Shown: piece by piece, positions 19,839-28,642 of the stretch
Numbering within the stretch: the first letter of the stretch is position 1
How the letters are laid out: every line of letters starts with the position of its first letter
Position numbers and translations under genes: made by a program
The notes under the pieces: generated by a model
The model's input: the letters and a program-made list of their open reading frames with translations, nothing else
Database searches by the model: none
What the model was told of the DNA's origin: nothing
Sequence record: NC_101842.1
DNA: 64,000 nt
Reading direction: 5' to 3' (one strand)
Source of the DNA: a phage

Positions 19839-19906
19839 GAGACTGTGATAGCTATGTTTTATGATCTTCCTGTAGCGCCACCACCTGTTGAACCAGGAGA
19901 ACTAAG

Positions 19907-20332
19907 ATGATCTATGAAATGCCAAAACTGATTCGTGACGATGCCCAAAACGCTCACACCATTATTATGGGCAAACGCATGGATATTATTTGTCATAAAG
20001 ATTTCTGGGAAGGAAGTTACTTCACAGAGTATTTTGGTAAACTGGACAATGGTCTGCTGATCCAGTTCTACACCGATGCGGAAAACAACATTCCCTGGGA
20101 GTTCGAAACTGAAGATGTCTATAAACTTTTCACCTTCCTCGGTATTAAGGTTAAGGCCAAGTTTGAAGAAGGTGAGTGCGACGATTGTGGATTTTATGAG
20201 GTAACAGATTTCTACCTTCCTAGCGGTAAGAACCTTTACTATGAAAGCCACTTCGGTAACTCCAATATGCCACAGTGCTGGACTGAGTTTTTTGAAATTG
20301 CGGAAGAGGAGCTGGCTTACCGTGATTATTGA
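19907..20332 (+). CDS. hypothetical protein
   Basis: CAGGAGA RBS; directly upstream of, and overlapping, the macro-domain gene. Confidence 0.6.
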   Translation: MIYEMPKLIRDDAQNAHTIIMGKRMDIICHKDFWEGSYFTEYFGKLDNGLLIQFYTDAENNIPWEFETEDVYKLFTFLGIKVKAKFEEGECDDCGFYEVTDFYLPSGKNLYYESHFGNSNMPQCWTEFFEIAEEELAYRDY

Positions 20333-20780
20333 TACTGTAGAGGGAGATTTAATCTCCCTTTTTAAGAGCGGTGCTGGTCACCTGATCCACGGTTGTAACT
20401 GCTTCCACACAATGGGCAAGGGTATAGCAAAACAGATTGCCCGTGAGTTTCCTCAAGCACTGTCAGCCGACAAAGAGACTAGATACGGTTGCCTAAGTAA
20501 ACTGGGTGCGTTCTCCCGATGGGAGCACTTATCTCCGATAGGTATTGTCTACGGAATCAATCTATATACCCAGTTCTACCCAGGACCTAATGCTGAGTAT
20601 TTCTCAATCCTGAAAGGCTTTGAGCTAGTCAATGAAGTATTCAGCGGATCGACTTTACCATTCTACATCCCTAAGATCGGGTGCGGCATAGGCGGTTTGA
20701 AGTGGGAACACGTAGAGGACGTTATTAACCTTGCCACTTTCGACATAGATATTGTCGTGGTGGAGTACAAAAAGTGTTGA
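20322..20780 (+). CDS. macro-domain protein, TARG1/OARD1-like (putative ADP-ribose hydrolase)
   Basis: Motif HLIHGCNCFHTMGKGIAKQIAREF resembles the macro-domain fingerprint of the TARG1/DarG-type branch; probable GTG start at ~20322 overlapping upstream stop. Confidence 0.7.
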   Translation: MIIDTVEGDLISLFKSGAGHLIHGCNCFHTMGKGIAKQIAREFPQALSADKETRYGCLSKLGAFSRWEHLSPIGIVYGINLYTQFYPGPNAEYFSILKGFELVNEVFSGSTLPFYIPKIGCGIGGLKWEHVEDVINLATFDIDIVVVEYKKC

Positions 20781-21031
20781 CGACCATCTTCTGAGGTGAT
20801 ATAGTTTCCACGACAACTAAGAGAGGAGAGCACTGTGGAGACTAAAATCTTAATTCTTGCTGTGGTAGATACAACCGAAGGAGCTATATTCGAATCTGCA
20901 GGAGGGTATTTCTACCTACCATACGGAAAAAGAACTTCCGAGCCAAGTAAAGATTCAATCCTCAAAGTGTTCCCGTGTGCTTTCTGGCTGGAGATTTTGG
21001 TATAAGATTGCAGAGGATTTGGGAGAGAATT

Positions 21032-21226
21032 ATGAGAAACAAGAAAGAACTTTACTCCGGTGAGTGGATCAACGATCAACAGGTGGGAGAGGTAACCTGC
21101 TTCCGATGTTTTACCAGGTACAATCTTAAAACTGCACCAAAAAGTGTTCCAAAGACTGACGGTTACTACATAAAAGAACCTCATTGCCCAAAATGTAAAT
21201 GCCGATTGTACTGGAGCAATCTGTAA
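21032..21226 (+). CDS. small zinc-ribbon protein
   Basis: CxxC...CxxC (CFRC...CPKC); GGGAGAGAA RBS; track ORF 20975-21226 trimmed. Confidence 0.5.
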   Translation: MRNKKELYSGEWINDQQVGEVTCFRCFTRYNLKTAPKSVPKTDGYYIKEPHCPKCKCRLYWSNL

Positions 21227-21230
21227 GAGG

Positions 21231-21258
21231 TTGACATCTGAAAACTGCAGTGTATAAT
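21231..21258 (+). promoter_or_regulatory. sigma70 consensus promoter
   Basis: TTGACA, 16-nt spacer, TATAAT, upstream of the ORF at 21290. Confidence 0.55.
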
Positions 21259-21289
21259 ATACGCATAAACTAACAGAGGGTGATGTATT

Positions 21290-21481
21290 ATGGTAATTTT
21301 TAACCGGGATGGTATCATAGTTAGACAGCACCCGTTCCTTGAATACTATCAAATTGAGCAATGGTGCTACGGGGATTGCAGTCACTCCTATGGGCAAAGT
21401 TGGGGATATCGTACAGTTTTTGAATCCACAGACCTTGACAAAGTAAAACAGAAAGTTTTAGAACTTCTTAACAACAAGTGA
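21290..21481 (+). CDS. hypothetical protein
   Basis: AGAGGG RBS downstream of consensus promoter. Confidence 0.55.
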   Translation: MVIFNRDGIIVRQHPFLEYYQIEQWCYGDCSHSYGQSWGYRTVFESTDLDKVKQKVLELLNNK

Positions 21482-21491
21482 GTATCGTGCC

Positions 21492-21824
21492 ATGGTAACA
21501 TTGGAAAGACGTAAAGCTATTGCCGCCACACTGGCAGACATCTTTTGGGATTGTAATTTAAAATCTACCCGAAATTGTGGTGCATCTGTAGATGTATTAT
21601 TCCCACGGCCTACTATTGTTGCAATGGGCAACCTGCTCGATGTGGTATATGGAGCATGGGACAAGGAAGGTGGATTCTATATCTGGCAACCTGACTACGG
21701 GACTTGGAAAGAGGTTAGTGGTTCTTCGGACTTCACTCCTGCAGTGGCTAAAATGGATGGCTGGAAAATCTATGTCGGTAACGACATGGAACTGAAAGGC
21801 GAAATTGTTTACTGGTTACCTTAA
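21492..21824 (+). CDS. hypothetical protein
   Basis: ORF in same-strand array; weak RBS. Confidence 0.5.
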   Translation: MVTLERRKAIAATLADIFWDCNLKSTRNCGASVDVLFPRPTIVAMGNLLDVVYGAWDKEGGFYIWQPDYGTWKEVSGSSDFTPAVAKMDGWKIYVGNDMELKGEIVYWLP

Positions 21825-21845
21825 GAAAGTCCAGGAGATAAAGTT

Positions 21846-22091
21846 ATGAACAAAGGGTGGACATTTGTAGACGGCGTTAAAAACATGCCTCTAGGAAAGT
21901 ATATTGTAGCCATGGCAGATGAGAATGGCAAGGTTGATTTCGGAGTTTGCGAGGTTGTTCTTGCAGGATCTGGTGACTATGCTCACAAAACTGGGATAAT
22001 TAACGGTCATTTCTACTTTGATTACAACCCTGTTGTGGCGTATATGGCTATGCCAGAGTTCGAGCTCCCAAAGGAAGGTGCAGATGTTTAA
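21846..22091 (+). CDS. hypothetical protein
   Basis: CAGGAGA RBS. Confidence 0.6.
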   Translation: MNKGWTFVDGVKNMPLGKYIVAMADENGKVDFGVCEVVLAGSGDYAHKTGIINGHFYFDYNPVVAYMAMPEFELPKEGADV

Positions 22092-22156
22092 GCTTAAATC
22101 TGCATGGAACATCGCTGTGGGGGGACGAGATCCGTATCCCAGGTGGAAAGACCATT

Positions 22157-22282
22157 ATGAAAATATCTCGTATCGAGTACGAAGGTGATCGTGTATTTCA
22201 TATCTTTGCAGAAGATGGTCGAGAAATTTATATACAGGCAGGCTCTCACATCTATATTCGTAAGAAAGGGGAGGACAAATGA
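22157..22282 (+). CDS. small hypothetical protein (41 aa)
   Basis: Not in ORF track (<60 aa); GGTGGAAAG RBS; stop overlaps next start (ATGA). Confidence 0.4.
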   Translation: MKISRIEYEGDRVFHIFAEDGREIYIQAGSHIYIRKKGEDK

Positions 22283-22608
22283 CAGAGATCATCATTTCAA
22301 CTGCAGGGTATGTATTCCTGACAATCATTGCGCTGGCTATTCTGGTGGCGGTGTATGGATTTGTTATCCTTCCTATCCTTGAGACATTTAGTTTGTGTCG
22401 GTGTTGGAGAAAAGCTTACGGTCCACAACCATGGAAGGACTGGCCCCACCTGGTGCGCTTAGCGTTCTCTTATGCTTACGATCACTCCAGTAGTGCATGC
22501 ATAACCGGATACCACGCCCACAACTGGAGCTGGGAAGGGTTGAGGAAATGGAATGTTACAAAGACCATACCTCTGCGCATGTACAAACCTAAAAACAAAG
22601 ACAACTGA
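22279..22608 (+). CDS. membrane protein (hypothetical)
   Basis: N-terminal hydrophobic helix YVFLTIIALAILVAVYGFVILPIL; GGGGAGG RBS. Confidence 0.6.
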   Translation: MTEIIISTAGYVFLTIIALAILVAVYGFVILPILETFSLCRCWRKAYGPQPWKDWPHLVRLAFSYAYDHSSSACITGYHAHNWSWEGLRKWNVTKTIPLRMYKPKNKDN

Positions 22609-23220
22609 TACTTGAAAATTCCTGGCATATCAAGTATAAGGGGGATTTCTAAAATGGATTTCCTCCTTTTGATATTTCACCGGGCTGGATATTTTAAAAT
22701 TCTTAGAAAATCAGAAAATGGATCGAAAACTAAAATGGATTTTTCAGAGTAGGCGCGACAAGCTGAATAACTCATCCTATCGTTTGCACCATATTCCAGG
22801 CCACCATTATAGATTTCCCACACATGCTAACCTCCCTCTACTAGAACTTCCTCCACTTACCCTTGACCTTCTATGGTAACAATCTAACCGCTATCTTGAA
22901 GTTGCGGTGCAGCTTTCCAGGTACTCGATCTACTTTTCATTTCAGGGCTTGGATTTTCTGAAAATTTTTCTCGATAAATTTCTCAGTACTCGATCTGTTT
23001 TTCGTTTTCTGAATCGGATTTTCTGGAAATCGTTCCGGCTCTCAACCTGAAATTTTTGGGGACGAAATCGATTTTTCGTTTTCAGAAATGGATTTTTAAA
23101 ATTTCTATATGGGAATATTTTAGTGGATACTATTTTATAGTAAATTGTTACGGAGGGTAATTAGCGTGCTAATTAAATTTATTAAATGCGAGGAGTTCTC
23201 ATTTAGAATCTTGAATGATA
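22609..23220. repeat. non-coding repeat region: ~66-bp imperfect tandem duplication plus AAATGGAT motifs
   Basis: GTACTCGATCT at ~22921 and ~22987; GGATTTTCTGAAAAT / GGATTTTCTGGAAAT; AAATGGAT at ~22651, 22715, 22732, 23086; no ORFs. Confidence 0.6.
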
Positions 23221-23425
23221 ATCATTCTCGTTTGCAGAATAACGGGCAGGCCCGGTGATTGTCTCCCGGCCCCTGTTGCCCCGGCTTGTTATTATAGTAT
23301 CACACAGGACAAAGAAAGCAAGGATTTTTTTTGCATAAATTTTTAAATGATAATGATAACCGTTCTCATTTTATGCAGCGCTCATCCCTGGTGGTTGTCT
23401 CCCCCGTCACCGGTGCCTGCCGTCC
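23215..23425. repeat. two direct copies of a GC-rich element with GTCTCCC core
   Basis: GGCAGGCCCGGTGATTGTCTCCCGGCCCC (~23245) and GGTGGTTGTCTCCCCCGTCACCGGTGCCTGCCGT (~23390), each preceded by GATAATNATT...CTC. Confidence 0.5.
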
Positions 23426-23623
23426 TTTCGATAGGTATATTGTGCCACCTGTCGGGGCCGCTGTCAACACTTTTCAAAAAATTTTTCTAACCTGATGCGC
23501 TAACCGCTGCAACCTGGCAGGGCCAGCCTGGCAGGACCTAACTGACCAGGTGGGAGAGGGTGAAATCTTGCAAACCTGGTAGGCCCATGCTGTAGGGTAA
23601 ACAATTGAAGAGGAGGTACAAAA

Positions 23624-23656
23624 ATGAAAGGTAATGCTACTCACCTGGAAATGTAG
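23624..23656 (+). other. 10-codon mini-ORF with strong SD (possible leader peptide)
   Basis: GAAGAGGAGG, 7 nt, then ATG AAA GGT AAT GCT ACT CAC CTG GAA ATG TAG. Confidence 0.25.
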
Positions 23657-23756
23657 TGATTAATGATACAGAAGCGCGGGAACATAAAGAAGAGTACGAA
23701 AAAATGGTGGTTAACCTGGCGGGGGGCTCTATCATAAAAATAATTTAAAATAATCG

Positions 23757-23785
23757 TTGACAACAAGGTTAATCATGGTATTATT
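23757..23785 (+). promoter_or_regulatory. sigma70-like promoter
   Basis: TTGACA then TATTAT-like -10 with 16-17-nt spacing. Confidence 0.5.
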
Positions 23786-23834
23786 ACCCTACAAGGTGAA
23801 CAACACCGCACTAACCAGTAAAGAGGATAAATTT

Positions 23835-24032
23835 ATGAACGCATACGGGATCAAAGTACGTCGCAACACTCGCCAGGTGGTCACCGATCAAATGGTTTGC
23901 CAGGTGGACGTAACCATCAACAACGGGCAAGGCCTTTATAAATTCCGTCGCGGTCATAGCTATACCCTGCAACAGCTTAACCGTTGCGCCCTGACAAAAG
24001 GTCAGATCAACCACTGGTTTAATAAAAAATAA
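23835..24032 (+). CDS. small basic hypothetical protein
   Basis: ATG after AAGAGGATAAA RBS; track ORF 23757-24032 trimmed. Confidence 0.55.
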   Translation: MNAYGIKVRRNTRQVVTDQMVCQVDVTINNGQGLYKFRRGHSYTLQQLNRCALTKGQINHWFNKK

Positions 24033-24034
24033 TG

Positions 24035-24063
24035 TTGACATATGGTCTGACACAAAATACACT
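24035..24063 (+). promoter_or_regulatory. sigma70-like promoter
   Basis: TTGACA, 17-nt spacer, TACACT. Confidence 0.55.
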
Positions 24064-24095
24064 GAAATCGCAAAAGACACTAAGAGGATAAAATC

Positions 24096-24494
24096 ATGAA
24101 AACCACTACCTTTAATTTTGATAATGCGGACTTTTCTTTTTCTGATGTCAAGAACTGCCGCCGTGATCGTGGATTTTACAAGGCTTATAATCTGGTGGGC
24201 CTGGACGATGACAATAATTTGCACGAAGTAGCTGAGATCCGGTATTATGCCGCCGCCAGCGGGAACACTCACTACTGCGTGTTTTGGATTCACGACAACA
24301 AGAACAATAAGTACGGTTATACTGGCGGCAAGGCGAGCGGTCACGGTTACGATAAAGCTAACGCAGCACTTGAGAGCGCATTAAATGCTATGGGGATCAC
24401 TGCCGACGGCTGGATCTACGAAGAAGAGTTTTTGTCGGCACTTGCTGACCACCTGGGCTATAAAAAACACATTGTAACATGCGCCCACGAATAA
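24096..24494 (+). CDS. hypothetical protein
   Basis: AAGAGGATAAAATC RBS downstream of promoter. Confidence 0.65.
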   Translation: MKTTTFNFDNADFSFSDVKNCRRDRGFYKAYNLVGLDDDNNLHEVAEIRYYAAASGNTHYCVFWIHDNKNNKYGYTGGKASGHGYDKANAALESALNAMGITADGWIYEEEFLSALADHLGYKKHIVTCAHE

Positions 24495-24499
24495 AAATC

Positions 24500-24556
24500 A
24501 TTGACACGCTGCAAAATTTAAGTAAACTAGACACAAAAGGCGGGAATGTTTCCCGC
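24500..24556 (+). promoter_or_regulatory. sigma70-like promoter plus 5'-UTR GC hairpin
   Basis: TTGACA, 16 nt, TAAACT; then hairpin GGCGGGAATGTTTCCCGCC before the RBS. Confidence 0.5.
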
Positions 24557-24576
24557 CAGCACAAAGGAAAAAGATC

Positions 24577-24972
24577 ATGAATAAGAACGTACGCCGCATC
24601 ATGAACGAACTGGCAAACGATGAAAAAATTATTGATATGCATTTGGTCAACATTTGCCGCCGTTGTGTAACATATAACAACCGCGCCGCAAAAGCGCGTG
24701 AGATGAACGCAAAAGGCACCTTAAAGCCCTTTCAGGTGGTTGTAAAATCTATAACTAGCGCAGCAGGCCAGGCGCAGGACCACAACAACGAGAGCGCTAA
24801 TATTGATCCGTCTTACGTAATGAAACGGATCCGGACTTGCAAGAATAAAGAGCAGGTATATAACGTCATAGATTGGCTGGACTCCCTGGGCGATGTGGTT
24901 TACAATAGGTTTTCTGCAGCTATCGAGATCCAGCTTGACAGATTGGACGGGAAAGTGCTAAAAACTTATTGA
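24577..24972 (+). CDS. hypothetical protein
   Basis: AAAGGAAAAAG RBS. Confidence 0.65.
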   Translation: MNKNVRRIMNELANDEKIIDMHLVNICRRCVTYNNRAAKAREMNAKGTLKPFQVVVKSITSAAGQAQDHNNESANIDPSYVMKRIRTCKNKEQVYNVIDWLDSLGDVVYNRFSAAIEIQLDRLDGKVLKTY

Positions 24973-24973
24973 G

Positions 24974-25019
24974 TTTATTTTTAGATGGCCTTGACACCAG
25001 GGCCATCAATAAAGTAAAC
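24974..25019 (+). promoter_or_regulatory. repeated palindromic promoter element, copy 1
   Basis: TTTATTTTTAGATGGCC-TTGACACCAG-GGCCATCAATAAAGTAAAC; TTGACA sits in the loop of the GATGGCC/GGCCATC inverted repeat. Confidence 0.5.
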
Positions 25020-25052
25020 TAACCACAGTTGAGCGGAAAAGGAGGCTTAAAG

Positions 25053-25172
25053 ATGAGCACTACACGCCAGCACACAAAGGTAACCATCATCGTTTGCATC
25101 ATTGGGTACATCCTGGCGCAAATGTTGATGGGTAGCGCCAACGGTGTCGCAAAATTTTTCTTAAACTTTTAA
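25053..25172 (+). CDS. small hydrophobic peptide (39 aa)
   Basis: Not in ORF track; AAGGAGG RBS; MSTTRQHTKVTIIVCIIGYILAQMLMGSANGVAKFFLNF. Confidence 0.45.
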   Translation: MSTTRQHTKVTIIVCIIGYILAQMLMGSANGVAKFFLNF

Positions 25173-25225
25173 TTGACAAGCTAACTTAAATCGATATAAT
25201 AAGCACATAAACGGGAAAACTTCCC
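25173..25225 (+). promoter_or_regulatory. sigma70 consensus promoter plus 5'-UTR hairpin
   Basis: TTGACA, 16 nt, TATAAT; hairpin GGGAAAACTTCCC. Confidence 0.6.
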
Positions 25226-25251
25226 AGAACACACAAAAGGAGAAAAACACC

Positions 25252-25593
25252 ATGACTACTATGACCGCCTCAGAAAAAGCTATGCAGATCGCTGAACTGA
25301 AAAAACAGATCGCAGACCTTGAGAATAAGATCGATAACTTTGAAATCGACGAGGACAAGTACGACGAAAACTATGATGAATGGTTAGACGAGATCTACGG
25401 CGAAATTATGATCGGAAACATTTCTTTTCTTCCGTCGCGTATCCTCAAGGAGCTAGATCCTATCGCTTACCGCTGCGGATTTAGCGACTACATCGACAGC
25501 CTGGATATTGAGGACGATGAAGAATACCAGGAATTACAGACAGAGTTAGAAGAAGCAAAAGAAGAGCTTGCGGAGCTGGAAGAAAACGAGTAA
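25252..25593 (+). CDS. acidic coiled-coil hypothetical protein
   Basis: AAAAGGAGAAAA RBS; D/E-rich. Confidence 0.65.
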   Translation: MTTMTASEKAMQIAELKKQIADLENKIDNFEIDEDKYDENYDEWLDEIYGEIMIGNISFLPSRILKELDPIAYRCGFSDYIDSLDIEDDEEYQELQTELEEAKEELAELEENE

Positions 25594-25595
25594 GC

Positions 25596-25640
25596 TTATT
25601 TTTAGATGGCCTTGACACCAGGGCCATCAATAAAGTAAAC
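25596..25640 (+). promoter_or_regulatory. repeated palindromic promoter element, copy 2
   Basis: Near-identical to copy 1. Confidence 0.5.
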
Positions 25641-25682
25641 TTTATACTGTTAACACTGAACTAATGCATAGGAGTTAAAACC

Positions 25683-25928
25683 ATGGCAGCACTAATCACC
25701 AAATATTATGCCCCTACCAACACCAAAAGCGCCCGTATCATGGTAAAAGGCTTCGGACGTAAAAAGGTGTACACCTGGGATTATGCCTTAGACACGGAAG
25801 ACAACTACACCAACGCAATGACCGATTTTATTAATGAACTAAATAAGCAGATCTTGACAAGTTATAAAGTGACCGATATTGCTTATATAGGTGAAGGCGG
25901 GATCTGTTTTGTAGGCATTGTGAAATAG
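25683..25928 (+). CDS. hypothetical protein
   Basis: TAGGAGTTAAAACC RBS. Confidence 0.6.
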   Translation: MAALITKYYAPTNTKSARIMVKGFGRKKVYTWDYALDTEDNYTNAMTDFINELNKQILTSYKVTDIAYIGEGGICFVGIVK

Positions 25929-25976
25929 TTATTTTTTCGGTGGTCCTGGCTGCAGGGCCATCTATAAAGATAATTT
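25929..25976 (+). promoter_or_regulatory. degenerate fourth copy of the palindromic element
   Basis: TTATTTTTTCGGTGGTCC-TGGCTGCA-GGGCCATCTATAAAGATAATTTA. Confidence 0.35.
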
Positions 25977-26002
25977 ATCAACACCATGAAAGGAGAAAGT
26001 AC

Positions 26003-26356
26003 ATGATCAGCGGGGCTAGTTTTATTATTGGCGCTATTGCTACGGCTTTAATTGTAAACAAGATCCAATCTAAAAACGAAAAAGATAGCAACGCGCTCAC
26101 AGAATACCCATTTTGGGTATTCAACGACAACGAAGACTACATAATCAAGTACAAAGATGAGAGAGGCGACCAGGTAACACCGCGACCGATCCCAGCTTAC
26201 AAGATGCAGGAAACACTATACCGCCTAAAGGCCGGAGGCGCAAAGATCGTAGACTTTTGGGGATATGATTGCAAGGATCAGGAGGTCATAAAACGTCGTA
26301 TCCGGGCGATTCAGGCAAATATTGAAATTAGTAAAGGGGAAATTTATGAAAATTAA
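26003..26356 (+). CDS. membrane-anchored hypothetical protein
   Basis: AAAGGAGAAAG RBS; N-terminal helix MISGASFIIGAIATALIV; track ORF trimmed. Confidence 0.55.
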   Translation: MISGASFIIGAIATALIVNKIQSKNEKDSNALTEYPFWVFNDNEDYIIKYKDERGDQVTPRPIPAYKMQETLYRLKAGGAKIVDFWGYDCKDQEVIKRRIRAIQANIEISKGEIYEN

Positions 26357-26543
26357 TTTCGAAAAAATTGTAAAGCGCCCCCACGATTCCGAAGAGCTGC
26401 CGGAACGCCGCCAGCGTAACAATAAACTGAATAAACCGAAAAGGTTCGGGAAGATCTGGAGGAATCACTATGATCGCAAATTACCGGGCCTGCTTTTGGA
26501 ACGTGAACGACAGGCGGAACGATACCGCCACAAAGGCAAATAA
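26346..26543 (+). CDS. small Arg/Lys-rich basic protein
   Basis: ATG after AAAGGGGAAA; overlaps upstream stop. Confidence 0.5.
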   Translation: MKINFEKIVKRPHDSEELPERRQRNNKLNKPKRFGKIWRNHYDRKLPGLLLERERQAERYRHKGK

Positions 26544-26550
26544 CAACCAA

Positions 26551-26580
26551 CGCCCCGCCATTGTGCGGGGCTTTTTATTT
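26551..26580 (+). terminator. rho-independent terminator
   Basis: CCCCGC-CATTGT-GCGGGG then CTTTTTATTT. Confidence 0.65.
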
Positions 26581-26713
26581 CTATCCTACGAATAGCGCCC
26601 CTGGTTGGCCCCACAAACGCCACAAAAGCCCCTACCTATGCAATCCCCTTTCTTAGCCTGAAAACATCACCCAGGACCGTTTTATGGTGTTAAAAATATC
26701 TTTTATTTAAAGC

Positions 26714-26742
26714 TTGACACCTTGGAATCGCCTGGATATACT
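26714..26742 (+). promoter_or_regulatory. sigma70-like promoter
   Basis: TTGACA, 17 nt, TATACT. Confidence 0.5.
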
Positions 26743-26777
26743 AACCACATCAAAGCAAGAAGAAAGGAGTAAACGCC

Positions 26778-27038
26778 ATGCGTAAATTAAAAAATTTTGA
26801 TAAAGTCGATGTTGTCCTGAATAATTTTTACTACTGCAATAATAAGGCCGTTTGGTGGCGTGATAGTTCCACCGATAAAGTTAAAGCGCGCTTTCTCCAG
26901 GGGCACTGGCAAGGCCGCCCAGTGATTAAGATCCGGGGGCAATTGGTAGCGTTTAAAAATTGCCGCCGTGTTGATGACGTTGAAGAGATTCTAAACATTT
27001 TACGCCACAATAATTTAAAAAATAGTGTTGACAAGTAA
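26778..27038 (+). CDS. hypothetical protein
   Basis: AAAGGAG RBS. Confidence 0.6.
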   Translation: MRKLKNFDKVDVVLNNFYYCNNKAVWWRDSSTDKVKARFLQGHWQGRPVIKIRGQLVAFKNCRRVDDVEEILNILRHNNLKNSVDK

Positions 27039-27055
27039 GCCTCAATAAGTATACT
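27028..27055 (+). promoter_or_regulatory. sigma70-like promoter
   Basis: TTGACA, 16 nt, TATACT; followed by 5' hairpin GGCTGGAAAACTTCCCGCC. Confidence 0.5.
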
Positions 27056-27112
27056 TAAACACACAGGCTGGAAAACTTCCCGCCACTAACAAAGAAAATA
27101 GGAGAAAATATC

Positions 27113-27736
27113 ATGACCACCGTTAACATTACCGCAGGTTACAATTTATCTTTCGACGTGCTGACCGACGAACAAAAAGAAAAAGCCGTTGAAATGGTCC
27201 GCGAAAGAGAAGAACACAGCGGGGATAACTTTTTTGCAGAAAGTGTAATTGAATACTATAAAGAATATGTTTTTCCAGAGTATGGCCTTGAAGATACCGA
27301 AGTACATTGGTCAGGCTTTTGGTGCCAGGGTGACGGCGCGTCAATCAGTGCTGAAAACGTGGATTTAGAAAAATTTTTGCGTAAAGTAAAGGCCCTGACC
27401 AAGTTCCGATCAATTCGTCACTTGTTCGGCACAATGCACGATGGCGAGTTATCAGCCAGTGTTGAGCGTGATCCATATAGCCGCTATAGTCACGAAAACA
27501 CTGTAAGCGGATACATTGATACCACCTGGCTAGATCTGACCGCCAAACAAGAAAACAAAGTGGAAGACCTGGAAGAGCTGATCACCGAGACGGTACGGGA
27601 GCTATCCCGCAAGGTTTACGTAGACCTGGAGGAGGCCTATCTTGAACAGTTTACTACCGAAAACCTGATCGGCCTTATTGAGGCCAATGATTGGCGGTTT
27701 GATGTGGATGAATATGGCGAGATGACTTTTTCATAA
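27113..27736 (+). CDS. acidic hypothetical protein
   Basis: TAGGAGAAAA RBS; 207 aa; no confident family. Confidence 0.65.
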   Translation: MTTVNITAGYNLSFDVLTDEQKEKAVEMVREREEHSGDNFFAESVIEYYKEYVFPEYGLEDTEVHWSGFWCQGDGASISAENVDLEKFLRKVKALTKFRSIRHLFGTMHDGELSASVERDPYSRYSHENTVSGYIDTTWLDLTAKQENKVEDLEELITETVRELSRKVYVDLEEAYLEQFTTENLIGLIEANDWRFDVDEYGEMTFS

Positions 27737-27744
27737 ATAAAGTG

Positions 27745-27801
27745 TTGCAATAACCTAAAAACCTGCTATATTAAAACTCAAGGGGGCAAGACGTTTGCCC
27801 C
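27745..27801 (+). promoter_or_regulatory. sigma70-like promoter plus 5'-UTR hairpin
   Basis: TTGCAA, 16 nt, TATATT; hairpin GGGGGCAAGACGTTTGCCCC. Confidence 0.45.
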
Positions 27802-27825
27802 ACACAAAACAAAGAGGAAAACATT

Positions 27826-28206
27826 ATGAAAAACACTACCAAGGCTATTGACACCGTTATGTTTAACCTGGTTACATTCCGTGAAGATATGAAAGATCTT
27901 CCACGTGAAACAGTGTGCGATCACATTGAAAACTATCGCAAACTAATCAAAGAGTTGCCCCTAAAACGTGACCAGTATGCGGCTAACGCTATGCTCAACG
28001 CCATGATCAAAAAGATGATCCAGTGTGATTTAACCCTGGCCTATGACTATGCGGGTGGTCGTTTTGCAGTATACAATCAGCCCGTGCCCGGTATGGGCAC
28101 CACCGAAGAATTGCACGCGCTCAATCTAAAACAAGACGTATGGGATAACATGCCCCGCGTGGTGGTGTGGGCAGAAAGCGGAAAGATTTACGGCGATAAT
28201 TTTTAA
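27826..28206 (+). CDS. hypothetical protein
   Basis: AAAGAGGAAAA RBS. Confidence 0.65.
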   Translation: MKNTTKAIDTVMFNLVTFREDMKDLPRETVCDHIENYRKLIKELPLKRDQYAANAMLNAMIKKMIQCDLTLAYDYAGGRFAVYNQPVPGMGTTEELHALNLKQDVWDNMPRVVVWAESGKIYGDNF

Positions 28207-28270
28207 TCAGGTAACAGGCGGCATATTTGCCGCCTTATTATTAAACAGAACTGCAAAAGAGGTACATAGA

Positions 28271-28642
28271 ATGGAATTTATTATTTTGGCTGTAGTAGTT
28301 GCCTTGTTCAACGCCTGGATCGCTGGCAAGATGGGTAGATCCTCCTTTTTATGGTTTATTATATCTATTTTCCTGGGGGTGGTTGCAACTATTGTACTTG
28401 TTATCCTTGCAATTGTTGACAAGGGGAATAATAGAAAGGGTAAAGTATTTTCAGACCTGTACGACGCTCAAACGTTTGTCAACGCCTATTATAGTGATCT
28501 TCCAGTCTCCCTACGCTGCAGCCTGGCACAACAAGTTTTCGATGAGGCTAAAACCAGAGATCAAGCCCATGAGATATGTTTAACTGAGGCGGATCGCCTA
28601 TTTGAGAGGAATAGAAAATATGTGGGCCAACCGTTTAAATAA
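28271..28642 (+). CDS. membrane protein (two predicted TM helices)
   Basis: AAGAGG RBS; hydrophobic stretches IILAVVVALFNAWIAG and FLWFIISIFLGVVATIVLVILAIV. Confidence 0.6.
   Translation: MEFIILAVVVALFNAWIAGKMGRSSFLWFIISIFLGVVATIVLVILAIVDKGNNRKGKVFSDLYDAQTFVNAYYSDLPVSLRCSLAQQVFDEAKTRDQAHEICLTEADRLFERNRKYVGQPFK

Noticed and set aside
22609-23220. Possible CRISPR array among the short repeats
   Set aside because: Repeats are imperfect, not evenly spaced and not separated by unique spacers of constant length; no cas genes in the window.
27113-27736. Acidic 207-aa protein as an ArdA-type anti-restriction DNA mimic
   Set aside because: Only acidity in common; no sequence blocks matching ArdA that I can recognise.
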